A stretch of 61,194 nt of DNA, counting the filler. It is 5 parts of 5 records of this genome, joined end to end, with 100 filler letters (N's around TTAATTAATTAA, not from the genome) between each part and the next. Parts side by side here need not be neighbours in the genome. Positions count along the whole stretch, not along the records: positions 37,365 to 54,360 come from SRR2962707_2511; positions 54,461 to 61,194 come from SRR2962707_2518; 3 more parts are not named here. One strand, given 5' to 3'. The translations under genes were made by a program, and so were the position numbers. Within the stretch, counting starts at the first letter, position 1. Each line of letters opens with the position of its first letter. The notes beneath the pieces were generated by a model. That model ran no database searches, was not told the origin of the DNA, and saw nothing but the letters and a program-made list of their open reading frames with translations. This document shows positions 46,137 to 56,566 of this stretch, piece after piece.

Positions 46137-47558
46137 GTGAGCAGCTCCTTGCCAAAGCTACATCCTGACAGATTGTTTCCCATTAACGACAGCACACGCG
46201 GTCTGGCGCGGGCACTCTATCAGACAATCAAGGATCTTCCGATCATTAGCCCGCATGGCCACACTGACCCGCGCTGGTACGCCGAAAACAAGGCCTTTCC
46301 CGATCCGGCGCAGCTGTTTGTCACCCCAGACCACTATGTGTTCCGCATGCTGTTTTCGCAGGGCGTTCCGCTGGAATCTCTGGGCGTGCCGCGCGCTGAC
46401 GGCGGCCCCACGGAAACGGACGGGCGCAAGATTTGGAAGCTTTTCGCCGAAAATTATTATCTGCTGCGCGGCACCCCGTCGCGGATGTGGGTCGACCACG
46501 CGTTTTCCGAAGCCTTCGGCATTGAACAGGAATTCACCCCCGAAACGGCGGACGCGATCTATGATCATATCAGCGATTGCCTGTCCAAACCCGAATTCCG
46601 CCCCCGCGCCCTGTTCGAACGATTCAATATCGAATTGATCGCCACCACCGAAAGCGCGCTGGACGATCTGAAGTGGCACAAGATGATTGGCGACTCGGGT
46701 TGGACCGGCGGTAAGGTTGTCACCACCTACCGCCCCGATTCGGTCATCGATCCGGATGTTCCCGGCTTCGCCGCGAACCTCGCCACTTTTGGCACGCTGA
46801 CCGACGCCGACACAACAACCTGGGCTGGCTATCTCAGCGCACACCGCACCCGGCGCGCCTTTTTCAAAGCTCACGGCGCGACTGCATCCGACCACGGTCA
46901 CCCCACGGCACGGACCGAAAATCTGGGCTCCGCCGATGCAGAAGCGCTGTTCAACCGCATCAAAGGCGGTAGCGCGGATGCCGAGGATGCGGATGCCTTC
47001 CGTGGCCAGATGCTGACCGAAATGGCAAGGATGAGCCTCGACGACGGACTTGTCCTGCAGATCCACGCCGGATCGCGGCGCAACCACAATCCAGGCATCC
47101 TCGAAAAATTTGGCCGCGACAAGGGATTCGACATCCCCGGCCGGACGGACTTCGTAAGCAATCTTAAGCCTCTGTTGGACGCTTTTGGCACAGAACCTCA
47201 ACTGTCGATCATCGTCTTTATGCTCGATGAAACCACGCAAAGCCGCGAACTCGCCCCGCTGGCGGGGGTCTATCCGGCGCTAAAGCTTGGCCCGCCGTGG
47301 TGGTTCTTTGATTCTGCCGAAGGCATGAAACGGTTCCGCGAAAACGTGACCGAGACGGCAGGTTTCTACAACACGGTCGGGTTCAACGATGACACCCGTG
47401 CCTTCTGTTCCATCCCTGCCCGGCACGACGTCGCCCGGCGCGTGGATTGCGCGTACCTCGCCACACTGGTCGACACAGGGCGGCTTCACGAGGATGAAGC
47501 TTATGAGGTCGCACAAGACCTCACATACCGACTTGTCAAAAAAGCCTACCGGCTCTGA
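46137..47558 (+). CDS. uxaC: Glucuronate (uronate) isomerase
   Basis: LPIISPHGHTDP, PDHYVFRML, LGPPWWFFDS and GFNDDTRAF.SIPARHD. Confidence 0.95.
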   Translation: MSSSLPKLHPDRLFPINDSTRGLARALYQTIKDLPIISPHGHTDPRWYAENKAFPDPAQLFVTPDHYVFRMLFSQGVPLESLGVPRADGGPTETDGRKIWKLFAENYYLLRGTPSRMWVDHAFSEAFGIEQEFTPETADAIYDHISDCLSKPEFRPRALFERFNIELIATTESALDDLKWHKMIGDSGWTGGKVVTTYRPDSVIDPDVPGFAANLATFGTLTDADTTTWAGYLSAHRTRRAFFKAHGATASDHGHPTARTENLGSADAEALFNRIKGGSADAEDADAFRGQMLTEMARMSLDDGLVLQIHAGSRRNHNPGILEKFGRDKGFDIPGRTDFVSNLKPLLDAFGTEPQLSIIVFMLDETTQSRELAPLAGVYPALKLGPPWWFFDSAEGMKRFRENVTETAGFYNTVGFNDDTRAFCSIPARHDVARRVDCAYLATLVDTGRLHEDEAYEVAQDLTYRLVKKAYRL

Positions 47559-47750
47559 TCGAACAATGGCTGTCACCAACATCCTACCGCTGTCGCTTCA
47601 TCTGCTTGCGCTGTGCCAACAAGGCGAAGCTGACATGGCGAACACCGATCAAAGACCCAAAGCCGACACCCGCACCCTGACTGACCCCTTTCACGCCGCG
47701 GCGCAACGCCTTGCCATCAGCGCCCGTAACCTGCCCAAAAGGATTTCCCC

Positions 47751-48575
47751 ATGACCCAAGCTGAAACCCGCTACGCCATCGACCCCACCTCGGCCAAGGC
47801 GCTCGACACGCAGGGCCTGCGCGACCATTTCCACGTCCCCGGCCTGTTCCAGGACGGCGAGATAAAACTGGTCTATTCGCACTACGACCGACTGCTGCTC
47901 GGCTCTGCCGTACCTGCAGGCACGGATCTGACGCTGGATCACATCCCCGAAATGGGCACCAAGACTTTTCTCGAACGCCGCGAATTGGGCGTGCTTAACA
48001 TCGGTGAAACGGGCACGGTTTCGGTCAGCGGGGAAACCCATACCGTTGAACATGGCGAAGTGCTTTATGTCGGCATGGGTTCGGGTCCGGTGACCTTTTC
48101 CGGCAAGGGTCGGTACTATATCCTGTCCGCCCCCGCCCACCGCACCTGCCCCACCAAACTGATCAAGGTGGGTGATGCCAAGCGCGTCGAACTGGGGTCC
48201 AAGGAACAGGCCAACGAACGCGTGATCATCCAACTGCTGCACCCGGATGTCTGCGAAAGCTGCCAACTGCTGATGGGCTATACACAATTTGCCGAAGGGT
48301 CCGTCTGGAACACCATGCCCGCCCACCAGCATGACCGCCGGATGGAGGCCTATCTGTATTTTGACATGAGCCCCGACCAGCGCGTCTTTCACTTCATGGG
48401 GCAACCGCAAGAGACCCGCCACATCGTCATGGCCAACGAAGAGGCGGTTATTTCCCCGCCATGGTCGATCCACGCAGGCGCGGGCACTGGCAGCTATACC
48501 TTCTGCTGGGCGATGGCGGGCGATAACATCGATTTCACCGACATGGACATGATCCCTATGGGGGAGCTGAGATGA
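47751..48575 (+). CDS. kduI: 5-dehydro-4-deoxy-D-glucuronate isomerase
   Basis: YSHYDR, FLERRELG, SCQLLMG, WNTMPAHQHDRRMEAYLYF and SPPWSIH. Confidence 0.96.
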   Translation: MTQAETRYAIDPTSAKALDTQGLRDHFHVPGLFQDGEIKLVYSHYDRLLLGSAVPAGTDLTLDHIPEMGTKTFLERRELGVLNIGETGTVSVSGETHTVEHGEVLYVGMGSGPVTFSGKGRYYILSAPAHRTCPTKLIKVGDAKRVELGSKEQANERVIIQLLHPDVCESCQLLMGYTQFAEGSVWNTMPAHQHDRRMEAYLYFDMSPDQRVFHFMGQPQETRHIVMANEEAVISPPWSIHAGAGTGSYTFCWAMAGDNIDFTDMDMIPMGELR

Positions 48576-49297
48576 GCTTTTCCCTGGCAGGTAAAACCGC
48601 GCTGATCACCGGCGCTAACACCGGCATAGGTCAGGCCATCGCCGTCGCCATGGGCGAGGCAGGCGCATCCGTCATCTGTGTCGGGCGGTCGTCTTGCGCC
48701 GAAACCGTTGGCATGATCGGAAATGCACGCGAACTGACATTAGACTTTGCCGACCCCATGGCGGCCAAGGACGCCTTTGCCGACGCTCCCATCGACATCC
48801 TGGTCAACAACGCGGGCATTATCCGCCGCGACGATTCCGTCGACTTCACCGAAGCGGACTGGGACGATGTCATGGATGTGAACCTAAAGGCCGTATTCTT
48901 CAATTGTCAGGCCTTTGCCAAGGCGGTTCTTGCCCGCAACGGCACCGGCAAGATCGTCAATATCGCCTCTCTGCTATCGTTTCAGGGGGGGATCCGCGTG
49001 CCCTCCTACACTGCCGCCAAACATGGCGTGGCGGGCCTGACCAAGATCCTGACCAACGAATGGGCCGCCCGCGGCATCAACGTCAACGCCATCGCGCCCG
49101 GCTATATTGAAACCAACAACACCGCCGCCCTGCGCGCCGATCCCGAACGCACCAAGGCGATCCTTGAACGTATTCCGGCCGGCCGTTGGGGTGCCGCCAA
49201 GGACATCGCCGGAACGGCTGTGTTCCTGTCCTCGCCTGCGGCCGACTATATCCACGGTGCGATCCTCAACGTTGACGGTGGTTGGCTTGCCCGCTGA
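48572..49297 (+). CDS. kduD: 2-dehydro-3-deoxy-D-gluconate 5-dehydrogenase
   Basis: TGANTGIG, NNAGIIRR, SFQGGIRVPSYTAAK and VDGGWLAR. Confidence 0.95.
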   Translation: MSFSLAGKTALITGANTGIGQAIAVAMGEAGASVICVGRSSCAETVGMIGNARELTLDFADPMAAKDAFADAPIDILVNNAGIIRRDDSVDFTEADWDDVMDVNLKAVFFNCQAFAKAVLARNGTGKIVNIASLLSFQGGIRVPSYTAAKHGVAGLTKILTNEWAARGINVNAIAPGYIETNNTAALRADPERTKAILERIPAGRWGAAKDIAGTAVFLSSPAADYIHGAILNVDGGWLAR

Positions 49298-50714
49298 CCT
49301 GCCCCCCCTGACCCGGTCTCAGGCGGCCCGCCCCGGTGTGGGCATCGTGCATCTTGGCCTGGGCGCGTTCTTTCGCGCCCACGGCGCGGTCTATGTGGCC
49401 GAAGCGATGGCAAAATCCGGAGGCGACTGGAGTGTCCTCGCCGCCAGCCTGAAAAGCGCCGGCACACGCGACACACTCGCCCCGCAGGGCTATGCCTATA
49501 CGGCGCTGGAAACCGGCACCGATGGCGACATCCCCCGGGTGATCGAGGTGATTGCGGACATGTTTGTCGCACCCGAAAACCCAGCCGCCCTTGTCACGGC
49601 AATGGCCGACCCATCGATAAAAATCGTCACACTGACCGTCACCGAAAAAGGATACTGCCACAACCCGGCGACCGGGGATCTGAACATGTCACACCCGGAT
49701 ATCGCCCATGACCTCACCGATCCGCTGCCGCGCAGCGCGCCCGGCTTTCTGGTGCGCGCACTTCAGACGCGGCGCGCGGCGGGTTTGCGCCCCTTCACCG
49801 TGCTGACCTGTGACAATCTTCCCCATAACGGCGCGGTCGTACGCAAGGCCGTGCTGGATCTGGCACAGGCCATCGATCCCGATCTGGCCGACTGGATCGC
49901 GGCCGAGGGGCGTTTCCCATCAACAATGGTGGATCGGATCGTTCCAGCAACCAAACCGGCAGATCTGGAACGGGTCGCCGTTCTGGCCGGCCTGGCCGAT
50001 GCCGCCCCGGTGATCCACGAACCGTTCCGCCAGTGGGTGATCGAGGATGACTTCGTCGACGGCCTACGCCCCGATCTCGCGGCTGTTGGCGTGGAAATGG
50101 TCACCGACGTGGCCCCCTATGAACTTATGAAACTGCGGATGCTGAATGGCAGCCATTCGTCGCTGGCCTATCTCGGATACCTTGCAGCGCATGAAACAAT
50201 CGCCGACACGGTGGCCGATCCGGTCTTTGCCGACTTCGTCCACCATCTCTGGTCGACCGAAATCATCCCGACCCTCACGGCGCCCAAAGGCACCGATCTG
50301 AATGCCTATGCTGATGCGCTACTGGAACGTTACAGAAATCCGGCGATCCGGCATCTGACCTGGCAGATCGCCATGGACGGCAGCCAGAAACTGCCGCAGC
50401 GGATACTTGGCACCCTTGGCGATGCACGGACACCCTGCCCGGGCCTCTGCCTGGCCGTGGCAGGATGGATGCGTTATGTGGGCGGCGTGGATGAAAAAGG
50501 CGCCGAAATCGATGTGCGCGATCCGCTGGCCGACACCCTGAAACGGCTATCCGACGCCGCCGACACCCCTGCAGCCAAGGTCGCGGAACTGTTGGCCGTG
50601 CGCGACATCTTTCCCACTTGGGTCGCGGAAAAGATCCAGATCCCCGTCACAGCCGCCTACGAGGCGCTGATAACCAAAGGCGCCCGCGCCGCTGTCCAAG
50701 AGGTCCTGAAATGA
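49278..50714 (+). CDS. uxuB: Mannitol dehydrogenase family protein, likely D-mannonate oxidoreductase
   Basis: IVHLGLGAFFRAH, TVTEKGY, CDNL, MVDRIVP, KLRMLNGSH and IAMDGSQKLPQR; start overlaps the kduD end and is uncertain. Confidence 0.85.
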   Translation: MVGLPADLPPLTRSQAARPGVGIVHLGLGAFFRAHGAVYVAEAMAKSGGDWSVLAASLKSAGTRDTLAPQGYAYTALETGTDGDIPRVIEVIADMFVAPENPAALVTAMADPSIKIVTLTVTEKGYCHNPATGDLNMSHPDIAHDLTDPLPRSAPGFLVRALQTRRAAGLRPFTVLTCDNLPHNGAVVRKAVLDLAQAIDPDLADWIAAEGRFPSTMVDRIVPATKPADLERVAVLAGLADAAPVIHEPFRQWVIEDDFVDGLRPDLAAVGVEMVTDVAPYELMKLRMLNGSHSSLAYLGYLAAHETIADTVADPVFADFVHHLWSTEIIPTLTAPKGTDLNAYADALLERYRNPAIRHLTWQIAMDGSQKLPQRILGTLGDARTPCPGLCLAVAGWMRYVGGVDEKGAEIDVRDPLADTLKRLSDAADTPAAKVAELLAVRDIFPTWVAEKIQIPVTAAYEALITKGARAAVQEVLK

Positions 50715-51889
50715 TCGAAAGTTGGCGCTGGTACGGGCAATTCGACCCCATCTCCTTGCCCGAAATCGCCCAGACAGGGGCCACCGGCATCGTGCACGCC
50801 CTGCACGAGGTGCCCTATGGCGAGGTTTGGACCCACGATGCCATTGCCGCCCGAAAGGCGCAAATAACCCGGACCGGGTTTGACTGGACCGTGACAGAAA
50901 GCCTGCCGGTACACGAGGCGATCAAACGCGGCGATGGCGACCTGCCCACGCTGTTCGCCAACTACCGCCAGTCCATGGCCAACCTCGCCGCCAATGGCGT
51001 CACCACGATCTGCTACAACTTTATGCCGCTGCTTGATTGGACACGGACTGACCTTACCGCGCCTGTGGCGCGCGGGGGAAACTGCCTGCGGTTCGATCAG
51101 GCCCGCATGGCAGCATTCGAAATCCACATGCTCGCCCGCCCCGCGGCCGAAGACGACTATTCCCAAGAGGTCCGCAACAAGGCCGCAATCTGGTTTCAAC
51201 AGTCGTCGGAATCGGACCGCGATACCCTACTGCATGCCATCATGTCCGGCCTGCCAGGCGCCTTTGACCGCTATGACATCGCCGGTCTGCGCGACGCGCT
51301 GGAACGTTACAACGGCATCGACCGCGACACGCTGCGCGCCAATTACAAACGCTTCCTGCAAGAGGTCATTCCCGCCGCAGAAGAATTGGGCATGGTCTTC
51401 TGTGTCCACCCGGACGACCCGCCACGCGATATCCTTGGCCTGCCGCGCATCGTCTCGGACGCCGACGACATCGCCTGGATCCTCTCGGCCGTGGACAGCC
51501 CCGCGAACGGTCTCACGCTCTGCTCCGGCTCGCTCGGCGCGAACCCCGCAAATGACGTACCTGCCATTGCCAAAAGGTTCGCCAATCGCATCCGCTTTGC
51601 CCACCTGCGAAATGTGCGCAAAGACGCAGACGGATCCTTTGAAGAGGCCGCGCATCTGGACGGCGACACCGATATGGTCGCCCTGATCCGAGTTCTGGTT
51701 AGCGAAGAGAAACGCCGCCGCGACGCGAACGAAGAGTTCGCCCAGATCCCCATGCGCCCCGACCATGGGCACGAACTGCTGTCGGATCTGGAACGTGACA
51801 ATGTCCCCGGCTACCCGTTGATCGGGCGGATGCGTGGGCTGGCCGAACTGCGCGGCATGACCCGCGCACTGGAACAGATGCCGCTATAA
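50711..51889 (+). CDS. uxuA: Mannonate dehydratase
   Basis: WRWYG, ESLPVHE.IK, CYNFMP.LDWTRT, HPDDPP and MRPDHG. Confidence 0.96.
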   Translation: MIESWRWYGQFDPISLPEIAQTGATGIVHALHEVPYGEVWTHDAIAARKAQITRTGFDWTVTESLPVHEAIKRGDGDLPTLFANYRQSMANLAANGVTTICYNFMPLLDWTRTDLTAPVARGGNCLRFDQARMAAFEIHMLARPAAEDDYSQEVRNKAAIWFQQSSESDRDTLLHAIMSGLPGAFDRYDIAGLRDALERYNGIDRDTLRANYKRFLQEVIPAAEELGMVFCVHPDDPPRDILGLPRIVSDADDIAWILSAVDSPANGLTLCSGSLGANPANDVPAIAKRFANRIRFAHLRNVRKDADGSFEEAAHLDGDTDMVALIRVLVSEEKRRRDANEEFAQIPMRPDHGHELLSDLERDNVPGYPLIGRMRGLAELRGMTRALEQMPL

Positions 51890-52342
51890 AGGCAGCGCTG
51901 TTGTCGATTTGATCTCTTCCATCGACAACAGCGCCGTCACGTTGTGCACCCGCACCTCTGAAATCAGCGCCTGATAAAACGCGTCATAGGCCCGCGCATT
52001 ACGCACCCGCACCTTGAGGATATAGTCGATATCCCCCGCCAAACGGTGCGCCTCTTGCACCTCTGGGCGTTCCTTTAGCGCCCGCAGGAACGCCTGCTGC
52101 CATTTCGCATCATGTTCGGACGTGCGGATAAGAACAAAGAAACACGCCTCGAACCCCAGCGCCTCTGCATCCAGTTTTACGGTCTGCGCCCCGATCACAC
52201 CCGCCTCGCGCATCTTACGGATACGGTTCCAAACCGGCGTCTTGGATGACCCTGCCGCCTTGGCAATTTCGTCCAGTGACCTGCTGGCATCGGTTTGCAG
52301 TTCAACAAGGATTTTCCGGTCTGTATCGTCGATCCGCACCAT
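51884..52342 (-). CDS. Lrp/AsnC-family regulator (DecR-like)
   Basis: DDTDRKIL..LQ.DA, SKTPVWNRI, HRLAGDIDY and MEEIK.TT.LP; divergent from cysG. Confidence 0.9.
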   Translation of the reverse strand: MVRIDDTDRKILVELQTDASRSLDEIAKAAGSSKTPVWNRIRKMREAGVIGAQTVKLDAEALGFEACFFVLIRTSEHDAKWQQAFLRALKERPEVQEAHRLAGDIDYILKVRVRNARAYDAFYQALISEVRVHNVTALLSMEEIKSTTALPL

Positions 52343-52491
52343 GGTTCCGCCTTTTTCCCCAATGCGAAACAAGATATCCACATTTGGCGGAAATCTAGAA
52401 CAATCATCCTTGTTTGCGCAATACACTATGCAAAATACGAGACAAAATTCTATATCTATAGCAGGACGCAGCCTGACCACGGAGTGACTCT

Positions 52492-53886
52492 ATGCAACAT
52501 TTTCCGATCTTCGTCGCCCTTGCCGGTCGGCGCGTCGTCCTTTCAGGTGGGGGCGAGGCGGCCCTTGCAAAGTTGCGCCTGCTGCTCAAGACCGAGGCAC
52601 ACCTGACCGTCTTTGCCCCCGCCCCCGCGCCCGAAATCGCCGGTTGGGCGGACGCCGGGTGCCTGACCCTGATCCGCCGCCCGTTAGAGCCAGGGGATGC
52701 CGCCTGCGCCGTGCTGTTTTATGCCGCAGACGAAGACGCGGCCGAGGATGCCCGCACCACGCACATCGCCCGTGCGGATGGCGCGCTGTGCAACATCGTA
52801 GACAACCTGGCCGACAGCCAGTTCATCACCCCGGCCATCGTCGACCGTGATCCCGTCACCGTCGCCATCGGCACCGAAGGTGCTGCCCCCGTGCTGGCCC
52901 GAGCCATCAAGGCCGATCTGGAAGAGCGTCTTCCATCGGGACTTGGCACATTGGCGCGCATCGGAAAAGGCTTTCGGGCGATGGCCGACGCCCTGCCGAT
53001 GGGCCGCAAGCGCCGCGATTTCTGGTCCGATTTTTATTTTGGTGCCGGCCCCCGCGCCCTGACCGATGGCAAAGACAAGGTCCGCGAGGCGCTGGGCGAT
53101 CTGCTGGACCAGCATCTTTCAGCCGATGAAAAGCCTGGCCATGTCGCCTTTGTCGGGGCTGGCCCGGGCGATCCGGAATTGCTGACCCTCAAGGCGCGCA
53201 AGGCGCTGGATACGGCGGATGTGGTGATCCACGACCGTTTGATTTCGCCCGAAATCCTCGAACTTGCCCGTCGCGAGGCTGTATTGGTCGATGCCGGCAA
53301 AGAAGGCTTTGGCCCCTCGATGACACAGGACGACATCAACGCGCTGATCGTCGAACACGTCCGGGGCGGCGCACAGGTGGTGCGGCTGAAATCCGGCGAT
53401 CCAACGGTCTTTGGCCGTTTGGACGAAGAAATCGATGCTTGCACCGACGCAGGGCTAAACTGGCACATTGTGCCCGGGATCACCGCCGCGTCTGCCGCCG
53501 TCGCAGGCATCGGCCAAAGCCTGACCCGGAGGGAGCGTAACGCAAGCGTGCGATTTCTCACCGGACACGACATGAAAGGCTTTGCCGATCACGATTGGAA
53601 AACGCTTGCCCGCAGCGGCGAAGTCGCCGCGATCTACATGGGCAAAAAGGCGGGCCGTTTTATCCAGGGCCGCCTGATCATGCATGGCGCGGACCCGACA
53701 ACACCAGTAACGGTGATCGAAAACGCCTCGCGCCCCGATCAAAAGGTCATCGCCACAACCCTTGCCACCCTACCCGCCGATCTTGCCAAGGCCGACATGA
53801 CCGGCCCCGCCCTTACCCTATACGGTCTGGCCCCGCGTGCTGCGCAGGTGGCCGTAACCAGCCTTCAACAACAGGAGTTTGCCTGA
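52492..53886 (+). CDS. cysG: Multifunctional siroheme synthase
   Basis: GGG..A..K, FITPAIVDR, VGAGPGDPELLTLKA, RLKSGDP and VPGITAA. Confidence 0.95.
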   Translation: MQHFPIFVALAGRRVVLSGGGEAALAKLRLLLKTEAHLTVFAPAPAPEIAGWADAGCLTLIRRPLEPGDAACAVLFYAADEDAAEDARTTHIARADGALCNIVDNLADSQFITPAIVDRDPVTVAIGTEGAAPVLARAIKADLEERLPSGLGTLARIGKGFRAMADALPMGRKRRDFWSDFYFGAGPRALTDGKDKVREALGDLLDQHLSADEKPGHVAFVGAGPGDPELLTLKARKALDTADVVIHDRLISPEILELARREAVLVDAGKEGFGPSMTQDDINALIVEHVRGGAQVVRLKSGDPTVFGRLDEEIDACTDAGLNWHIVPGITAASAAVAGIGQSLTRRERNASVRFLTGHDMKGFADHDWKTLARSGEVAAIYMGKKAGRFIQGRLIMHGADPTTPVTVIENASRPDQKVIATTLATLPADLAKADMTGPALTLYGLAPRAAQVAVTSLQQQEFA

Positions 53887-54188
53887 TGCCCCAAGTATTC
53901 ACCCCCAAGGTCGTGACGGCAAATGCGCTGCTCGAAGGCGATGTGGTCTACCTCGCCGCAGACGACAGCTGGACCCGCAGTTTCAGCCAGGCCGAAGTCA
54001 TCACTGATGAAGCGGTCGCCCAGATCCGCCTGATCGACGCCGCATCGCGTCATTCCGAAGTGGTGGGCGTCTACCTCGCCGAGGTACTCGAAACACAAGA
54101 CGGCCCCGAACCGACGCATTTCCGCGAGGAGTTCCGCCGCACCGGGCCTTCGAACCATTTCCACGGCAAACAGGCGGCCGAGGTCTAA
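53886..54188 (+). CDS. DUF2849 protein (sulfite-reductase-associated)
   Basis: VVTANALLEGDVVYL...VVGVYL...HFREEFR.TGPS; lies between cysG and cysI. Confidence 0.88.
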   Translation: MPQVFTPKVVTANALLEGDVVYLAADDSWTRSFSQAEVITDEAVAQIRLIDAASRHSEVVGVYLAEVLETQDGPEPTHFREEFRRTGPSNHFHGKQAAEV

Positions 54189-54261
54189 ACAATCCTGAAA
54201 AGGATTTTGCGATTTTTATAAAGTCAGGAAAATCGCCCGGCCCCGCCGAAAGGAGAAAGAC

Positions 54262-54360
54262 ATGTACCGCTATACCGACTTTGACGCCGCTTTTGTGGCT
54301 GAACGCAACCGCCAGTTCCGCCAGCAGGTCGAACGCCGCATCGACGGCTCCCTGACCGAG
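54262..54360 (+). CDS. cysI: Sulfite/nitrite reductase hemoprotein, N-terminal fragment
   Basis: Not in the ORF track. AAGGAG RBS, then MYRYTDFDAAFVAERNRQFRQQVERRIDGSLTE. Confidence 0.85.
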
Positions 54361-54460
54361 NNNNNNNNNNNNNNNNNNNNNNNNNNNNNNNNNNNNNNNN
54401 NNNNTTAATTAATTAANNNNNNNNNNNNNNNNNNNNNNNNNNNNNNNNNNNNNNNNNNNN
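54361..54460. other. Artificial contig spacer
   Basis: 44 N + TTAATTAATTAA + 44 N. Confidence 0.99.
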
Positions 54461-54461
54461 T

Positions 54462-54680
54462 GTCTGTCCCCGTTGTGCGGAGATGGACAAGATCATGATG
54501 TTTACCGATGACCACGGTGAGCAGGTGCGCGAATGCGTGGCATGCGGGTTTACCGATGCCATGTCTGATCAGGAGCAGCCAGCGGCACCGGAGATCGAGA
54601 CCCGGGTGAACAAGCGCGACAACAAGGATGATCACACGGTAAAACAGGTGGTGTTCTTCAAGTCCGGTTCAGAAGACTGA
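54462..54680 (+). CDS. YheV-family zinc-ribbon protein, 5'-truncated
   Basis: In-frame VCPRCAEMD...RECVACGF (two CxxC motifs) and EIETRV. Confidence 0.8.
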   Translation, partial: VCPRCAEMDKIMMFTDDHGEQVRECVACGFTDAMSDQEQPAAPEIETRVNKRDNKDDHTVKQVVFFKSGSED

Positions 54681-54738
54681 TCCCCCGGCTTGCCAGGCCA
54701 TCTTTGGCCGGCGGCAAACCGAGAGTGTGGCGGATGCC

Positions 54739-56061
54739 TCAGAGCACCATGGCGGCCAGCCAGCCGAAGGCCAGTAGAGGCAGGTTGTAGTGCAGGAACG
54801 TGGGCACCACAGTGTCCCAGATGTGGTTGTGCTGGCCATCCACATTCAGGCCGGCGGTGGGGCCGAGGGTGGAGTCTGATGCCGGAGAGCCGGCATCGCC
54901 CAGAGCACCCGCCGTGCCCACCAGGGCTACGATGGCCAAGGGGCTGAAGCCCAGTTGCAGGGCCAGTGGCACATACAGCGCTGCGATAATGGGGATGGTG
55001 GAGAATGATGACCCGATGCCCATGGTGATCAACAGGCCCACCACCAGCATCAGCAATGCTGCCAGCGCCTTGTTCTCGCCTATGGCGGCGACCGAACCTT
55101 CCACCAGAGTGGCGATTTCGCCGGTTTCCCGCATCACTTCCGCAAAGCCGTTGGCGGCAATCATGATGAAACCGATCATGGCCAGCATTTTCATGCCCTC
55201 GGTAAACAGATCGTCGGCTTCTTTCCACTTCACCACGCCAGAAATATTGAACAGTACGAAGCCGGCCAGGGCGCCCAGGATCATGGAGCCCAGCCAGAGT
55301 TGCACCACGAACGCCACAGCAATGGCGACCAGCGCCATCACCAGTGTTCTGGGGCTGTACTTAACGTCCACACGCTCGGTCTGTTCGATACGTTTGAGGT
55401 CATAGCCGCGACCGCCCCGGTAGCTGAAGAAGACCGCAACCAGCAGGCCCAGGAGCATGCCCAGGGCCGGCAGCGCCATGGCCGACATGACGTTCAGGTT
55501 GCTGGCGTCTACCCCGTTGTCGGCCACGTTGGCCAGCAGGATTTCGTTCAGATAGATGCCGCCGAAGCCTACCGGCAGGAACATGTAGGGCGTGATCAGG
55601 CCGAAGGTCAGCACGCAGGCCACCAGCCGGCGATCCATGTGCAGTTTCGCCATCACGTACAGCAGTGGCGGCACCACCAGCGGAATGAAGGCGATGTGAA
55701 TCGGCAGGATATTCTGGGATGACATGGCAATGGCCAGCAGCAGGCCGATGATCATGAACCGGATGCCGGTGGCAGCGCCCCCTTCATCCTGCTGGCCGAC
55801 CATGGCCAGGGCCTTGTCGGCCAGGGCATGGGCCAGACCGGATTTGCCGATGGCGACGGCAAACGCACCCAGGGTGGCATAGGACAAGGCCACGGTGGCA
55901 CCACCGCCCAGGCCGGTATTGAAGGCATTGATGGTATCTTCAAGGGACATGCCCGCCACCAGGCCACCGGATATGGCGCCGATGATCAGGGCAACAACAA
56001 CGTGAATGCGGCACAGGCTCAGTACGAGCATGATCAGTACCGCGGCAACTACGGCATTCAT
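54739..56061 (-). CDS. Na+/H+ antiporter-like putative amino-acid transporter (YuiF family)
   Basis: [39 protein letters not shown] and [15 protein letters not shown]. Confidence 0.88.
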   Translation of the reverse strand: MNAVVAAVLIMLVLSLCRIHVVVALIIGAISGGLVAGMSLEDTINAFNTGLGGGATVALSYATLGAFAVAIGKSGLAHALADKALAMVGQQDEGGAATGIRFMIIGLLLAIAMSSQNILPIHIAFIPLVVPPLLYVMAKLHMDRRLVACVLTFGLITPYMFLPVGFGGIYLNEILLANVADNGVDASNLNVMSAMALPALGMLLGLLVAVFFSYRGGRGYDLKRIEQTERVDVKYSPRTLVMALVAIAVAFVVQLWLGSMILGALAGFVLFNISGVVKWKEADDLFTEGMKMLAMIGFIMIAANGFAEVMRETGEIATLVEGSVAAIGENKALAALLMLVVGLLITMGIGSSFSTIPIIAALYVPLALQLGFSPLAIVALVGTAGALGDAGSPASDSTLGPTAGLNVDGQHNHIWDTVVPTFLHYNLPLLAFGWLAAMVL

Positions 56062-56175
56062 GGCAAACTCCGGATAGGAATCGAGGGTATACCGGCACCT
56101 TTTGGGCGCCGGCAGCACGAAAAGTGCGCTAATGTGCAGGAAATGGCCGCCGCAGTCAAAACGGTTGTGTAACCG

Positions 56176-56406
56176 TTACTCGTCCTCAACCCGCATGAAA
56201 CGGGGAACCTGTTCGCCGGCCACATCGACGGTTTCCAGAAACATGGGGAGCGGGCGAACCCATAGACTATGGTCGCCGTACAGGCAGCGATAGACCACCA
56301 GCGGCTCTTCGGTTTCGCTGTGGCGGGCCACGCCGATCACGTCGTAGTCCTTGCCTTTGTAGTGCCGGTAGCGGCCGGGCTGAACCGTGTGTCTGCGTTC
56401 GGGCAT
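56176..56406 (-). CDS. DUF1653 family protein
   Basis: GRYRHYKG..Y.VIGVARHSETEE.LVVYR.LYG...LWVRP..MF. Confidence 0.9.
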   Translation of the reverse strand: MPERRHTVQPGRYRHYKGKDYDVIGVARHSETEEPLVVYRCLYGDHSLWVRPLPMFLETVDVAGEQVPRFMRVEDE

Positions 56407-56566
56407 GTCTTCCTCTCTGGTGGTAGCGGGGCTTTACCCCTTAATTTCGTCGGACTTGAGCCGGATATCCGTCTACACTGTTTGTGAAGCACGGTTGGTT
56501 ATGGTATTTCCCATCAGAACACAACAGTGTAGTTCAAGCACTTCGGGCCGGAAATTACAGACAATA

